Below, one piece after another: positions 16,167 through 25,119 of a stretch of 64,000 nt of DNA. Every line of letters starts with the position of its first letter. Positions within the stretch are counted from its first letter, which is position 1. Made by a program: the position numbers and the translations under genes. The stretch is from the IMG/VR virus record IMGVR_UViG_3300037961_005428, positions 32,500-96,499 of that record. One strand, 5' to 3'. The notes under the pieces are model-generated. The model did not search any database, had not been told where the DNA came from, and saw only the letters and a program-made list of their open reading frames with translations. This DNA is from a virus.

Positions 16167-16796
16167 ATGTTATTCGGAAACAATCAACAGCAAAGCGGTG
16201 CACTGAACCTTGGTGCGCCAGCCAATACTCCACAACAGCCCTTCCAATTCGGTCAGCAGCCGCCCAGTGCCATGCAAAACTTTGGCCAAAGTGCGTTTGG
16301 TGGCAGTATGATGCAGGGTATGGGTATGAATCCGGGCATGATGCAGCAACCCGTGGCCCCGCCCAGTGAAACTGAAATTCAATTGGCACTCATGCGCTCT
16401 GTCGCACCTATGGACAGATTCGTGGCATCAGCCCAAATGGCCACGCTTGTGCAGATGCTGAACGACCTTGTTAGTTTCTCAGTGCTGGAAGTGATGAAAA
16501 ACGCCACTTTTGTCATCAACGAGGACGATGGTACCATGAAATTGGATGTTACTTCACTGCCTTCCAACCTTCAAACCATGAGTGCGGAGAATGTCACCAA
16601 TCAATTTAACCAACTTCAAAGCACCAGTCAGCAAAACATCCAGCAAATGGAGATGCAGCAGCAACAAATCCTTGCTATGGCTCAGCAATCGCTGATGGGT
16701 GGGGCACTTGCAGCGGCTATGGCTGACGAAGGTATGATGCAAAAGGTGGGTGGCGGAGTTGGCTCCTTCGCTCGTAGTATGTTGGGAGGACGATGA
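16167..16796 (+). CDS. Gln/Met-rich protein with amphipathic C-terminus
   Basis: Start at ATG 16167 after AGGTGA SD. Confidence 0.75.
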   Translation: MLFGNNQQQSGALNLGAPANTPQQPFQFGQQPPSAMQNFGQSAFGGSMMQGMGMNPGMMQQPVAPPSETEIQLALMRSVAPMDRFVASAQMATLVQMLNDLVSFSVLEVMKNATFVINEDDGTMKLDVTSLPSNLQTMSAENVTNQFNQLQSTSQQNIQQMEMQQQQILAMAQQSLMGGALAAAMADEGMMQKVGGGVGSFARSMLGGR

Positions 16797-16797
16797 T

Positions 16798-17049
16798 ATG
16801 GTAGATAGTGGTATACCGGGATTTTACTATGGCTTTGCCATGTCAACACGCGACATTTTTGCCCCAAAGAAGAGCGTCATTGTAGATATGGTGATGGTAC
16901 AGGTTTTGACCATCATCGTCACCCTTTCACTGGTGTTGTTGACGGGCTCGGGTAAGTTGTCTTCGGACACAATGGCTTACATGATGGGAGCCATGATGGG
17001 TGCGATTTTGCTTGCTACGGGGATTTACACCCGTATTTCACAACAATAG
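16798..17049 (+). CDS. Small two-TM protein (holin-like topology)
   Basis: Two hydrophobic helices; GGAGG SD. Confidence 0.7.
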   Translation: MVDSGIPGFYYGFAMSTRDIFAPKKSVIVDMVMVQVLTIIVTLSLVLLTGSGKLSSDTMAYMMGAMMGAILLATGIYTRISQQ

Positions 17050-17301
17050 TCACCACTTGTCTTGTGGACAGGTGGATGATTTGAGCGAGGCTTTTGCTCG
17101 CATGAAGCATCCACAGTCTTTGCACCGTGTACCTGTCCAACTTGGGCACTCTTGACAGATAGCGAGTCTGCGACTCCGCTCTTCGGGACTTACTTTTCGT
17201 CGCAAAGCCACATCTCTTGCGGCCTTTGATAGCGAAACAGCCGTCTCCTTTGTCATCGGGATTCCGGCGACTTTGACATCCATTTTGGGCAGTCTTGGCA
17301 C
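17050..17301 (-). CDS. Cys-rich small protein (DUF6171-like, from memory)
   Basis: RLAICQEC...RCKDCGCF...CPQDKW; lone minus-strand gene in the late region. Confidence 0.7.
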   Translation of the reverse strand: MPRLPKMDVKVAGIPMTKETAVSLSKAARDVALRRKVSPEERSRRLAICQECPSWTGTRCKDCGCFMRAKASLKSSTCPQDKW

Positions 17302-17359
17302 AGTGTTTCCTCGCTGTTCTTTCCTAAAGGCTTATCGTTGGGCGTAGCATGGACCACGC

Positions 17360-18070
17360 ATGGGAGGTCGGCAGACCAAGCGTTCTTGCCCTTTTTGCCA
17401 AGACCCCGACCGTGACAAACTTGAGATGAGCATTGCTCAAGGCATCGCTGATGTTCGCACCATGGACCGCGATAAAGGCTGGCGGGCCAACACGGCAGAA
17501 CGCCACATGAGAAACCACGCTGGTGAAAATTTAGAAGGTTCCAACTATCGCTGCGTGATATGCACGGACGACCACCGAAGCATGTACGAAGTCGCTTATT
17601 TTGACGAGGGCATGACCACCGAAGAGATTGCCCAAGAGTTGAATTGCAGTGAGGCTACAGTCTACAAGCACATGAAAGAGCACTTCCAGCCCATCGTCAA
17701 GCAAAGTGCATCGGCTATTGTGTCCATTAAGGTGGGTCAAGAGGCTGATATCCTGCGACACAACACTGAGCGCCTCAATGAAAAGTTGTCTCGCTACATG
17801 GACGAGGTCAGCATCCACGATGACGGGGCTGTTTCGGACATGGTTAAGTTGAGCAAAGAGATTCGTGAGTCCATCAAGGACTTGACTTCGTTCCAAAAGG
17901 CGTGGGTTGAACCCGAGGAGAAAATGGTCGCAAACACCATCAACATCCTCAAAGTTGAAATGGCGAAAGAAAGTCCCGATACTTGGAAGCGTGTCAAAGA
18001 AGCCTTGCTCACACAGGAAGGCGACGAAATTGACATCAGCGGCATGTTAGAGCAGGAGGATAGCGCATGA
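17360..18070 (+). CDS. Putative terminase small subunit (tandem Zn-finger/HTH units plus coiled coil)
   Basis: Two CxxC...HTH...HxxxH units; helical oligomerisation-like tail; upstream of TerL. Confidence 0.5.
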   Translation: MGGRQTKRSCPFCQDPDRDKLEMSIAQGIADVRTMDRDKGWRANTAERHMRNHAGENLEGSNYRCVICTDDHRSMYEVAYFDEGMTTEEIAQELNCSEATVYKHMKEHFQPIVKQSASAIVSIKVGQEADILRHNTERLNEKLSRYMDEVSIHDDGAVSDMVKLSKEIRESIKDLTSFQKAWVEPEEKMVANTINILKVEMAKESPDTWKRVKEALLTQEGDEIDISGMLEQEDSA

Positions 18071-19119
18071 CCAGTAGCATGGGTACCGGCACTGACACCC
18101 GCATGTACTCCCCTCGGTCCGAATCGGACCACCTGTACTCGGACGGTGAAGACTACCGACACGGTAAGGGCTCGCCCGAACACGAGGACGAGATGAAAGA
18201 CAAGAAAATGAAGGAGAAGGAGGAGCGTGTCAAGACCCGTGAACTCCCCCATCTCAAGTTCAACATTGAATCGGCCGAGCAGGACATGGGTATGCCTGCT
18301 CCTATGCCGATGGACGAGCCACAAGAGGACATGATGGAAGAAACGCCCATGGCTCAGCAGGGTGAACTTAGCGCTCTTACCGGTTCTCCGGGCACCGGCT
18401 CACCCGAAGCCAGCATTAGTTTTGGTGCACAGGCGCTCAGCCCGTATGGTCAGCAGACCATCATGGCCAGCGAGCCGATGGACATCGCTTTCCAACTGCT
18501 CAAGCGAGATGGCGACTTCTCCACTCAGCCGTTCAAGGCTCCCCCCGGTGGCCGCTCTCGTCAAAAACAAGCAACATCCATGCGTGCTAAGCGACAGGCT
18601 CGCACACTCAGCCCTCGCACGGAAAAGGGTGGCATGGTTAATGCTGATAAAGCCGTTGAGATGTCTCACCTTGGCATTGATACCAAGCAACCCCTGCGTT
18701 TGTTCCCCGACAAATACCGTCAAAGCCTTGGTACTCGGGCCATGCAGGCCAATCGTGGTAACATTGCGCTCCCCTATCAAGGGCACAACATTGAGCGCCG
18801 CACTCCTTTCAAGCCCATGACCATGAAGTCCGAACTTCAAGAAGTGCAAATGCTTCTCAAGTCGGCTTCGGGCTACCTTCACCTCAGTCAATTGCGCAAC
18901 ATTCTGCGAGACTTGAAGCGAGCCATCGCTCGCAAGGAGTCAGCCAAGAAAGCGCCGCCGTCCGGCAAAGGCACTTCCAAAGAAGGCGAGGCTGGGCACC
19001 GTGATGGTGAAACCACTCAGCCCCAAGGGCGCACTGACAATGTAGAGGCTGATGAGTTCCGTTCTGCCGGTGCCTCCGGTCACCAGTTTGTGAGCAGGGG
19101 TAGCGGGAGGACGGCTTGA
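18067..19119 (+). CDS. Hypothetical head-region protein with internal leader motif
   Basis: EPMDIAFQLLKR separates acidic and basic halves. Confidence 0.75.
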   Translation: MTSSMGTGTDTRMYSPRSESDHLYSDGEDYRHGKGSPEHEDEMKDKKMKEKEERVKTRELPHLKFNIESAEQDMGMPAPMPMDEPQEDMMEETPMAQQGELSALTGSPGTGSPEASISFGAQALSPYGQQTIMASEPMDIAFQLLKRDGDFSTQPFKAPPGGRSRQKQATSMRAKRQARTLSPRTEKGGMVNADKAVEMSHLGIDTKQPLRLFPDKYRQSLGTRAMQANRGNIALPYQGHNIERRTPFKPMTMKSELQEVQMLLKSASGYLHLSQLRNILRDLKRAIARKESAKKAPPSGKGTSKEGEAGHRDGETTQPQGRTDNVEADEFRSAGASGHQFVSRGSGRTA

Positions 19120-21308
19120 TGTTCCGTGTTCACTACTCGTCGGACTCACTGGCCAAGAGCCGTGGCGGGTTTGACATTGTGGACACGCTTCACCGCACAT
19201 GGAACCTCATGAAGCAGCAGATGGTGCTTCGCAAGTCCTACGGCCTGTACCACATTGGCGAGGATGAGACGCACCCGATTCGCCACTGGGCACCCGAAGA
19301 AGCATTCAATCCACCCGAAGACATTGGTTGGTACGACCAGTTTGAGGGGCCCGAAGGCATGCGGGCGCACCACCCGCCGTTTGGCCACGATTTCAAAACC
19401 GGCCGCCTCCTTCATCGCACTCGCAACGGGCAAACTGTTCCCGAAAGCGCCCACCCGCTTGACTACATGATGGGGCACATGCATCACAAAGTGCGAGAAC
19501 ATTTCATTAAAAACGGTGTTAATCCGGACGCTACGGTTGAAAGTGGTGAGCCTATTTGGTCAATGGACCATGTCAAACACATGTTCAATCACGCTATCAA
19601 CATACACAACAAGACTGGAGATAACCTCCCTAATGTAAACAGTGTGCTATGGCGATTGAACACCACGAGCGGGTTTGACGGGGACAGTGTCGGCAGTGAA
19701 CGACAGGCCACAACGGATGATGGCCGACCAATTAACTACTCCACGAACATGGGGAACATGCACGATTTAGAGGGCGCTGACAAAGGAATGTGGATTGATG
19801 GTGGTGTCCATCCCATGTATAAGGACACGGCCCGAGTAGCGCAATTCACTTTTGACATGTACGAAAAACTGCTCGGCATCCCTATGCCGAAGGTTGATGA
19901 CTTTGCTTACCTCACCAGTTCCAAAGTCCCTCTTCAGAGCATGACTTTTGGACGAGTTCGTCCGTTGAGGCGGGAAGAGGCTGAGGAGCATTTTGGCGAA
20001 GGTGGAAGCGGTATGATTCCCGGTCACAAGTCGGGGAAAGTTGTTGAAAATTATCACCCGCTGGATGTAGCGCACTTTGCTCCCAAGGCGTTGTTTGCTA
20101 CTCCGACACGAAACTTGGGGGCTAAGCAACGAGCCCAAGGTGAAGATTCGGCTGAAATCGCATCTCGTGCTAACGAAATTATCCGAGAACTTGGCGAAAT
20201 CGGCATTAACATCACTCCCGAAGAAGCCATGCAATACGCAGCCATGCCCATTTCACAATTCTTGATTGGTGGGACGGGACACCAAGTGAAGGCCGGCTCA
20301 CGAGCACCAGCCATTTTGAGAGGAGTGGCAGCATCACTTGGCGTGGATATGGAGTCGGGTATGTATAAACGGGTTCGGGATTCAATTGGAACTCGCAGAG
20401 GCGCTTCAAAGAACAGAGGACTTTCTCGCTCTCGTGATTTGTACGCTATCCCTTGGGTGCACTCACTTAACCTCCTTGCATCGGGTCAAGCCGAGAATCA
20501 ACAGGATGCTTGGATGCAGGCACTTGACAACTTTCGCAACGCAGACTACGACCACAAAGACCATGCTTATGACGAGGCAAACCACGACGCATACCTCCAA
20601 TTCGTCAATGCGTTCCGTAATACCGACGGACATAGAGGACAAGTGTCTCAAATCACTGGTAAACTCCCCGAGGCTCACAAAGACCATCCTCATCACGACA
20701 TTCACTCGTCTGTACCTCCACATTGGGAGGGGCATGTACACGCTCTGCCAGCAGGAATTTCGCCAACGGCTGACCGGGTACAGGAAGTCACTGCCAACAT
20801 GCTGGCGCAAAATAGAAGAGAGGAGCCACCCCGTAAACGAGCCATGGAGGATGCCGCCGCTGCTCCTGTCAGTATGGAAGAACTTCAAGCGGCTCGCTCT
20901 CAATTGAACAACCCTTCGCAGCGCGTAAGGGAGGCTTCTGCGGTCTTACCCCAGCCGACTTATGACCTTGAAGGCAATCAAGGGGTATCTCGCCAACAAC
21001 GATTGGACGACGGTAGCATCATCACTTCTTCTGAAGAGCGCACGGTTAGCGACCTGCTCAAGACCATGGAGCGCATTCAATTCAAAGAAGCAAGTCAAGA
21101 CGCTGTGGTCAAATCACTGGCCCAGTATCGGTCCCGAATCACCAAGGCTGACGATGTCAGTGCCGTAGCCAAATCGCTCGGCATCAGCGTGATGGATGTT
21201 CACGGCATCTACCACTCACACGGCGATTGGCACCGTGTGGCAAGCGACTGGAATGTCGGTCCCGAAATCGTCAAGGCGGTCAAGGTCACCTTTGGGGGTG
21301 GCGCTTGA
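19116..21308 (+). CDS. His-rich hypothetical protein (730 aa)
   Basis: TWNLMKQQMVLRK|S near N-terminus; several K|small sites near C-terminus. Confidence 0.8.
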   Translation: MMFRVHYSSDSLAKSRGGFDIVDTLHRTWNLMKQQMVLRKSYGLYHIGEDETHPIRHWAPEEAFNPPEDIGWYDQFEGPEGMRAHHPPFGHDFKTGRLLHRTRNGQTVPESAHPLDYMMGHMHHKVREHFIKNGVNPDATVESGEPIWSMDHVKHMFNHAINIHNKTGDNLPNVNSVLWRLNTTSGFDGDSVGSERQATTDDGRPINYSTNMGNMHDLEGADKGMWIDGGVHPMYKDTARVAQFTFDMYEKLLGIPMPKVDDFAYLTSSKVPLQSMTFGRVRPLRREEAEEHFGEGGSGMIPGHKSGKVVENYHPLDVAHFAPKALFATPTRNLGAKQRAQGEDSAEIASRANEIIRELGEIGINITPEEAMQYAAMPISQFLIGGTGHQVKAGSRAPAILRGVAASLGVDMESGMYKRVRDSIGTRRGASKNRGLSRSRDLYAIPWVHSLNLLASGQAENQQDAWMQALDNFRNADYDHKDHAYDEANHDAYLQFVNAFRNTDGHRGQVSQITGKLPEAHKDHPHHDIHSSVPPHWEGHVHALPAGISPTADRVQEVTANMLAQNRREEPPRKRAMEDAAAAPVSMEELQAARSQLNNPSQRVREASAVLPQPTYDLEGNQGVSRQQRLDDGSIITSSEERTVSDLLKTMERIQFKEASQDAVVKSLAQYRSRITKADDVSAVAKSLGISVMDVHGIYHSHGDWHRVASDWNVGPEIVKAVKVTFGGGA

Positions 21309-22249
21309 TGGAAGGTGAAGTGTTGGTCAAAGCCCGCCCTCGTCTTCAATACAACATGAGTGGTCAGCCCAGCATGTATTTTGAACGAGACGGCCGTGGC
21401 GAAAGTGCTACCCCAACAAAGCGTGAGCGTTTAGCCGGACTTGCTGGCGGATTAGTTGGCGTAATGGGCGGGCTTACAGGTAAGCATCGTAGCCTTGGCA
21501 GTTTGTTGGGTAGCATGTACGCTGGCAAAGTCCAAGGTGAAGGCATTGGTCGTGGTCTTGCTGGTAAAACTGTTTCCCGAGCACGGCGTGCAGAATTGAA
21601 GGAGCAGGAGGACCGACTTGCAGCAGAGGCTCAAAAAGAAGGTCAGCGGAGATTTAGAGAAAGGCGACCAATTGGCATCCGTGCTCGCAACGCTCGCATG
21701 CTCGCTGCCGAAGATGAGGCGTTAGCACGAGCGGGTTCGGCGGAAGAAGAATTGCGAGCCTCGCAAGCGGCTTCTAAACGAATGGGTAAAATTGGTAGAG
21801 ACTTCCGAGTAGCGCAGAATAAAGCGGAGCGTAGAGCGGTTAGCCGAGAAGACATGTCAAGGGCTCGTGCACTACGGGGTATGAGTCCGGCGCAAATAGA
21901 GCGGTTTAAAGAACTGGACTCAGCGGGTCTTGAAAGGTTACAAGCGATTGCTGGCATATTGGATGAAACGGTAAATCCGTACGCTCAAATCAACCCAACT
22001 GTAGGAGAAATGAATCAGCAGCAAGTTCCTCAAGGAACAGTTCAACCGCTGCAATTCGGCCCGGGCGCTCAAATGACTTTGCAGGCAGGTGAAGAGATTA
22101 CACCGGAGCATGCTGACCACAATAATGAAGGCTTGACAACTCAACTCGGACTGGATATTGCTGACGAGCAAGAAAAGGAGTCGGAACAAACCATGGGGTT
22201 GGGACAGTCTGAGTTTGGTAACCTTTTGGGCAGGATGGGGCCACAATGA
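21308..22249 (+). CDS. Glycine-zipper plus coiled-coil protein, possible ejection protein
   Basis: Start MEGEVLVK|A; LAGLAGGLVGVMGGLTG. Confidence 0.7.
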   Translation: MEGEVLVKARPRLQYNMSGQPSMYFERDGRGESATPTKRERLAGLAGGLVGVMGGLTGKHRSLGSLLGSMYAGKVQGEGIGRGLAGKTVSRARRAELKEQEDRLAAEAQKEGQRRFRERRPIGIRARNARMLAAEDEALARAGSAEEELRASQAASKRMGKIGRDFRVAQNKAERRAVSREDMSRARALRGMSPAQIERFKELDSAGLERLQAIAGILDETVNPYAQINPTVGEMNQQQVPQGTVQPLQFGPGAQMTLQAGEEITPEHADHNNEGLTTQLGLDIADEQEKESEQTMGLGQSEFGNLLGRMGPQ

Positions 22250-23748
22250 GTGATAATCCTGCCATCAAAGACCTCGTCCATCAAGTGGACACTGAGATGT
22301 GCAAGAAGAGTTTCAAGTATTTTTTTCACGACATTTTGGGGTTTGACTACTCCTATCACCACGGTTGCTGGGAGAAAGGGCTGAATGAAAACCGCTACTA
22401 CTGCGTGAAGGCGTCCCGTGACCACGGTAAATCCGTGTTCTTCATGTCCTACGCTCTGTGGTTGGGAGCGTTCCAGCCCAACACGCACATCATGGTGTTC
22501 AGTCACAGTCTTGAGCAGACCCTTGAGCACATGCGTTTCATTCGCAGCAACATTGAGGGCACGGACTTGCTCAAGCATCTCAAGCCTTCGGGCAAGCCGT
22601 GGGCCAAGTCCTACTTTGAGTTCACCAATGGCAGTCGTATTATGGCCAAGTCGGTCGGTGGTGCTACTCGTGGGTTCCACCCCGATGTCGTGGTCTGCGA
22701 CGACATCCTGTGGGGAACGACCACGGGTGAGTTGCAGCGTGCGGCTGACTGGTTTTACACCGTCCTTCTCCCTGTGTTGCACCACACGGGTCGCATGATG
22801 ATGGTCGGCACGCCGTTTTCTTACGACGACCTGTACGCTGAGTTGGAGGAAAAAGACACCTTCACGGTAGAGACATATCCTGCTATCAACGACAAAGGCG
22901 AAGCCTTGTGGCCGGAGCGATGGGACTTGGATGCTCTCAAAATGCGTGAGTCGTCCATGCCTGCTATCCGGTTTGCTCGTGAGTATTTGTGCGAGCCAAT
23001 CCACGACACCTCCAGCATGTTCCCGCACAGCCTGCTTGAAGCAGCCCGTGACCCGAACCTCAAGGTCATGGACTACGCCGAGCACGAATACGACGAAAAT
23101 GGTGAGAAGGCCGGACTGTTTGGACAGCATTTCATCGGCTGGGACCCGGCAATTGCGTCGGATAAGAACGCTGACTACACCGCCATGGTGGTGATTCGCA
23201 CTGTGCCGGGCGACGGCACCAAGCAAATCGTCCATGTCGTCAACGAAAAGGGACTTGGTGGCATGGCGCAAAAGAAGCGCATGCTCATCCTCAACAATCG
23301 GTTCCAGCCCGACCTCATTGAGTTGGAAGGTAACAACTTCCAGCGCATGTTTGAGGCTGAACTGCGGGACATGCGTGATGACATTCCCATCAAGACCTTC
23401 ATGACCACTCGTCAGCGAAAGGAGTCCATGTTCATGAGTTTGCTTTTGGCCTTTGAGCAGGGCCAACTCAAAACGCCGTGGGGCGATGAGAAGAGCAAGG
23501 AGTACACGAGGATTTTGGAGACGCAACTGAGTCGTTTCGGTATGAAGCGCAACGGCCGACTTGAGTCGGTGGGCAGCCACGACGACTTGGCTATGGCTGT
23601 GGCTCTTGCCAACTGGGGCACCAAGGAGTTCAAGGGCAGCATTATGCTGCTGGACGACGACGACTTACCCGGCTTTGACAAATGGTTCTTGGGCGCACCG
23701 AGCATGCCCAACCCCCGTTTCGGAGGAGATGATATTTTTGTGGCTTAG
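22246..23748 (+). CDS. terL: Terminase large subunit
   Basis: Walker A SRDHGKS, Walker B VVVCDD, GTP coupling motif, RNase H-like IGWDPA and HDDLAMA. Confidence 0.95.
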   Translation: MSDNPAIKDLVHQVDTEMCKKSFKYFFHDILGFDYSYHHGCWEKGLNENRYYCVKASRDHGKSVFFMSYALWLGAFQPNTHIMVFSHSLEQTLEHMRFIRSNIEGTDLLKHLKPSGKPWAKSYFEFTNGSRIMAKSVGGATRGFHPDVVVCDDILWGTTTGELQRAADWFYTVLLPVLHHTGRMMMVGTPFSYDDLYAELEEKDTFTVETYPAINDKGEALWPERWDLDALKMRESSMPAIRFAREYLCEPIHDTSSMFPHSLLEAARDPNLKVMDYAEHEYDENGEKAGLFGQHFIGWDPAIASDKNADYTAMVVIRTVPGDGTKQIVHVVNEKGLGGMAQKKRMLILNNRFQPDLIELEGNNFQRMFEAELRDMRDDIPIKTFMTTRQRKESMFMSLLLAFEQGQLKTPWGDEKSKEYTRILETQLSRFGMKRNGRLESVGSHDDLAMAVALANWGTKEFKGSIMLLDDDDLPGFDKWFLGAPSMPNPRFGGDDIFVA

Positions 23749-23802
23749 GGACCTAAACTCTCATAAGGAGATGGCCCCGCTCAACTACGAGGAGGGTGCG
23801 CT

Positions 23803-25119
23803 GTGTGGTCATCGTTGAAGGTCGGCGTTGGTGAAAACTTCGTTGATTTGGGGGATGAATTGGGCAACATGGTCGCCTCCACACTTTCTCACCACCCACT
23901 GGTCAAGCAAGACCCGTCCACGGCTGTCATTATTGCCAAGGAGGCCTTGCCCCGTGCAGAAGAGCCCGACATTTTCGTAGAGATGCATGAGTTCCCTGTC
24001 AACGGAGACTCGTGGTTTGTCAGCCATTTTGGTAAGGACGCCGATGATGTCGTCAAAAACTTCAAGCGTGCTCGTCGGCACATGAAAGACATGCGTGACG
24101 AGATTGACAAGGCCATAGAAAGCGTGCGCACCATGAAGGCAGAAGAGGTGCAGAAGACTTTGGAGTCCATTCCTTGGGCAAAGGAGCATCACAGCGCTAT
24201 ACGCAACTTGGGGCTCAGTGATAGGAACTTGAAATCACTTCGCTTGTTTTCCAAGTCTCGTGAAAGCACACTTCGTCGGGCGTGCATTATGTGGGAAGTC
24301 GCTGATGAAACCCTCAAAATGCTGGACGAGTTTGAGGATGTTTGGGGAGACGAAGAACGATTTGCTTGGGTTAATGCCATGCAACAGCGGCAGGATGCCA
24401 AGAAAATGTGGCGCAATGGCCTTCATCAAATTGATAGTTTGACCAAGCAGCAGCAGGGTATTCTACAAATGGCAAAGGAAGAACTGGTGGAAAAGGGGCA
24501 CATGAGTGCACGGTCCATCGCCTCTAACCTTATTGCCAAAGGGGGCGGTCGTGTTGAGGCTGTCAGCGTTTCGCAATTGCTCAAAATGTACGGTGAAGAA
24601 ATTGACATCATCAAGGCCCCAAGGCGTGGTGAATATGCTGTGCTGACTTCACACGGTATTATTGTCAAAGACCCGTGGGCCTACGCCGCTGGTTTCTTTG
24701 ACGCAGACGGCTCAATCTACATCACCAAGCGTGGAGAAGTGCGAGCCTCCGCTATCGCCACAGGCGACCGTGGTAAAATTCACTGCGAGCGTTTGCAGAA
24801 AACACTGGGTTGCGGCATCCTCAGCCTCAATGAAAGCATTGGTAAAAACAGCAACCGCAGCGTGCACCGTGTCAATTTCCAATCCAAGTCCGATGTCAAA
24901 AAAGTGCTTGAAGGCATCCTTCCTCACCTGCAACTCAAGTCCATGCAGGCTAAGGCCGCTCTCCGATGCCTACAAGAAGAGGACCCCCTTCTCAAAGAAC
25001 AACTCCGGTTGTTTGTTCAGCATGAAAACTGGAAAGACGACCCCGACGCACTGGCAAAGAAAATGGGAGAATGGACGGTTGACAAAGACACGGTAATGGG
25101 TTGGAAAGAGGTGTTGTAA
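23803..25119 (+). CDS. Helical/HTH protein fused to a C-terminal LAGLIDADG domain
   Basis: YAAGFFDADGSI followed by LQKTLGCG and ILPHLQLK. Confidence 0.8.
   Translation: MWSSLKVGVGENFVDLGDELGNMVASTLSHHPLVKQDPSTAVIIAKEALPRAEEPDIFVEMHEFPVNGDSWFVSHFGKDADDVVKNFKRARRHMKDMRDEIDKAIESVRTMKAEEVQKTLESIPWAKEHHSAIRNLGLSDRNLKSLRLFSKSRESTLRRACIMWEVADETLKMLDEFEDVWGDEERFAWVNAMQQRQDAKKMWRNGLHQIDSLTKQQQGILQMAKEELVEKGHMSARSIASNLIAKGGGRVEAVSVSQLLKMYGEEIDIIKAPRRGEYAVLTSHGIIVKDPWAYAAGFFDADGSIYITKRGEVRASAIATGDRGKIHCERLQKTLGCGILSLNESIGKNSNRSVHRVNFQSKSDVKKVLEGILPHLQLKSMQAKAALRCLQEEDPLLKEQLRLFVQHENWKDDPDALAKKMGEWTVDKDTVMGWKEVL

Noticed and set aside
22141-23580. 479-aa antisense ORF over terL (similar ones at 32223-33662 and 35328-36461)
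   Set aside because: Shadow ORFs caused by codon bias of well-supported plus-strand genes
24670-25119. Intein or intron carrying the LAGLIDADG domain
   Set aside because: No intein terminal motifs; terL and portal are intact and unsplit
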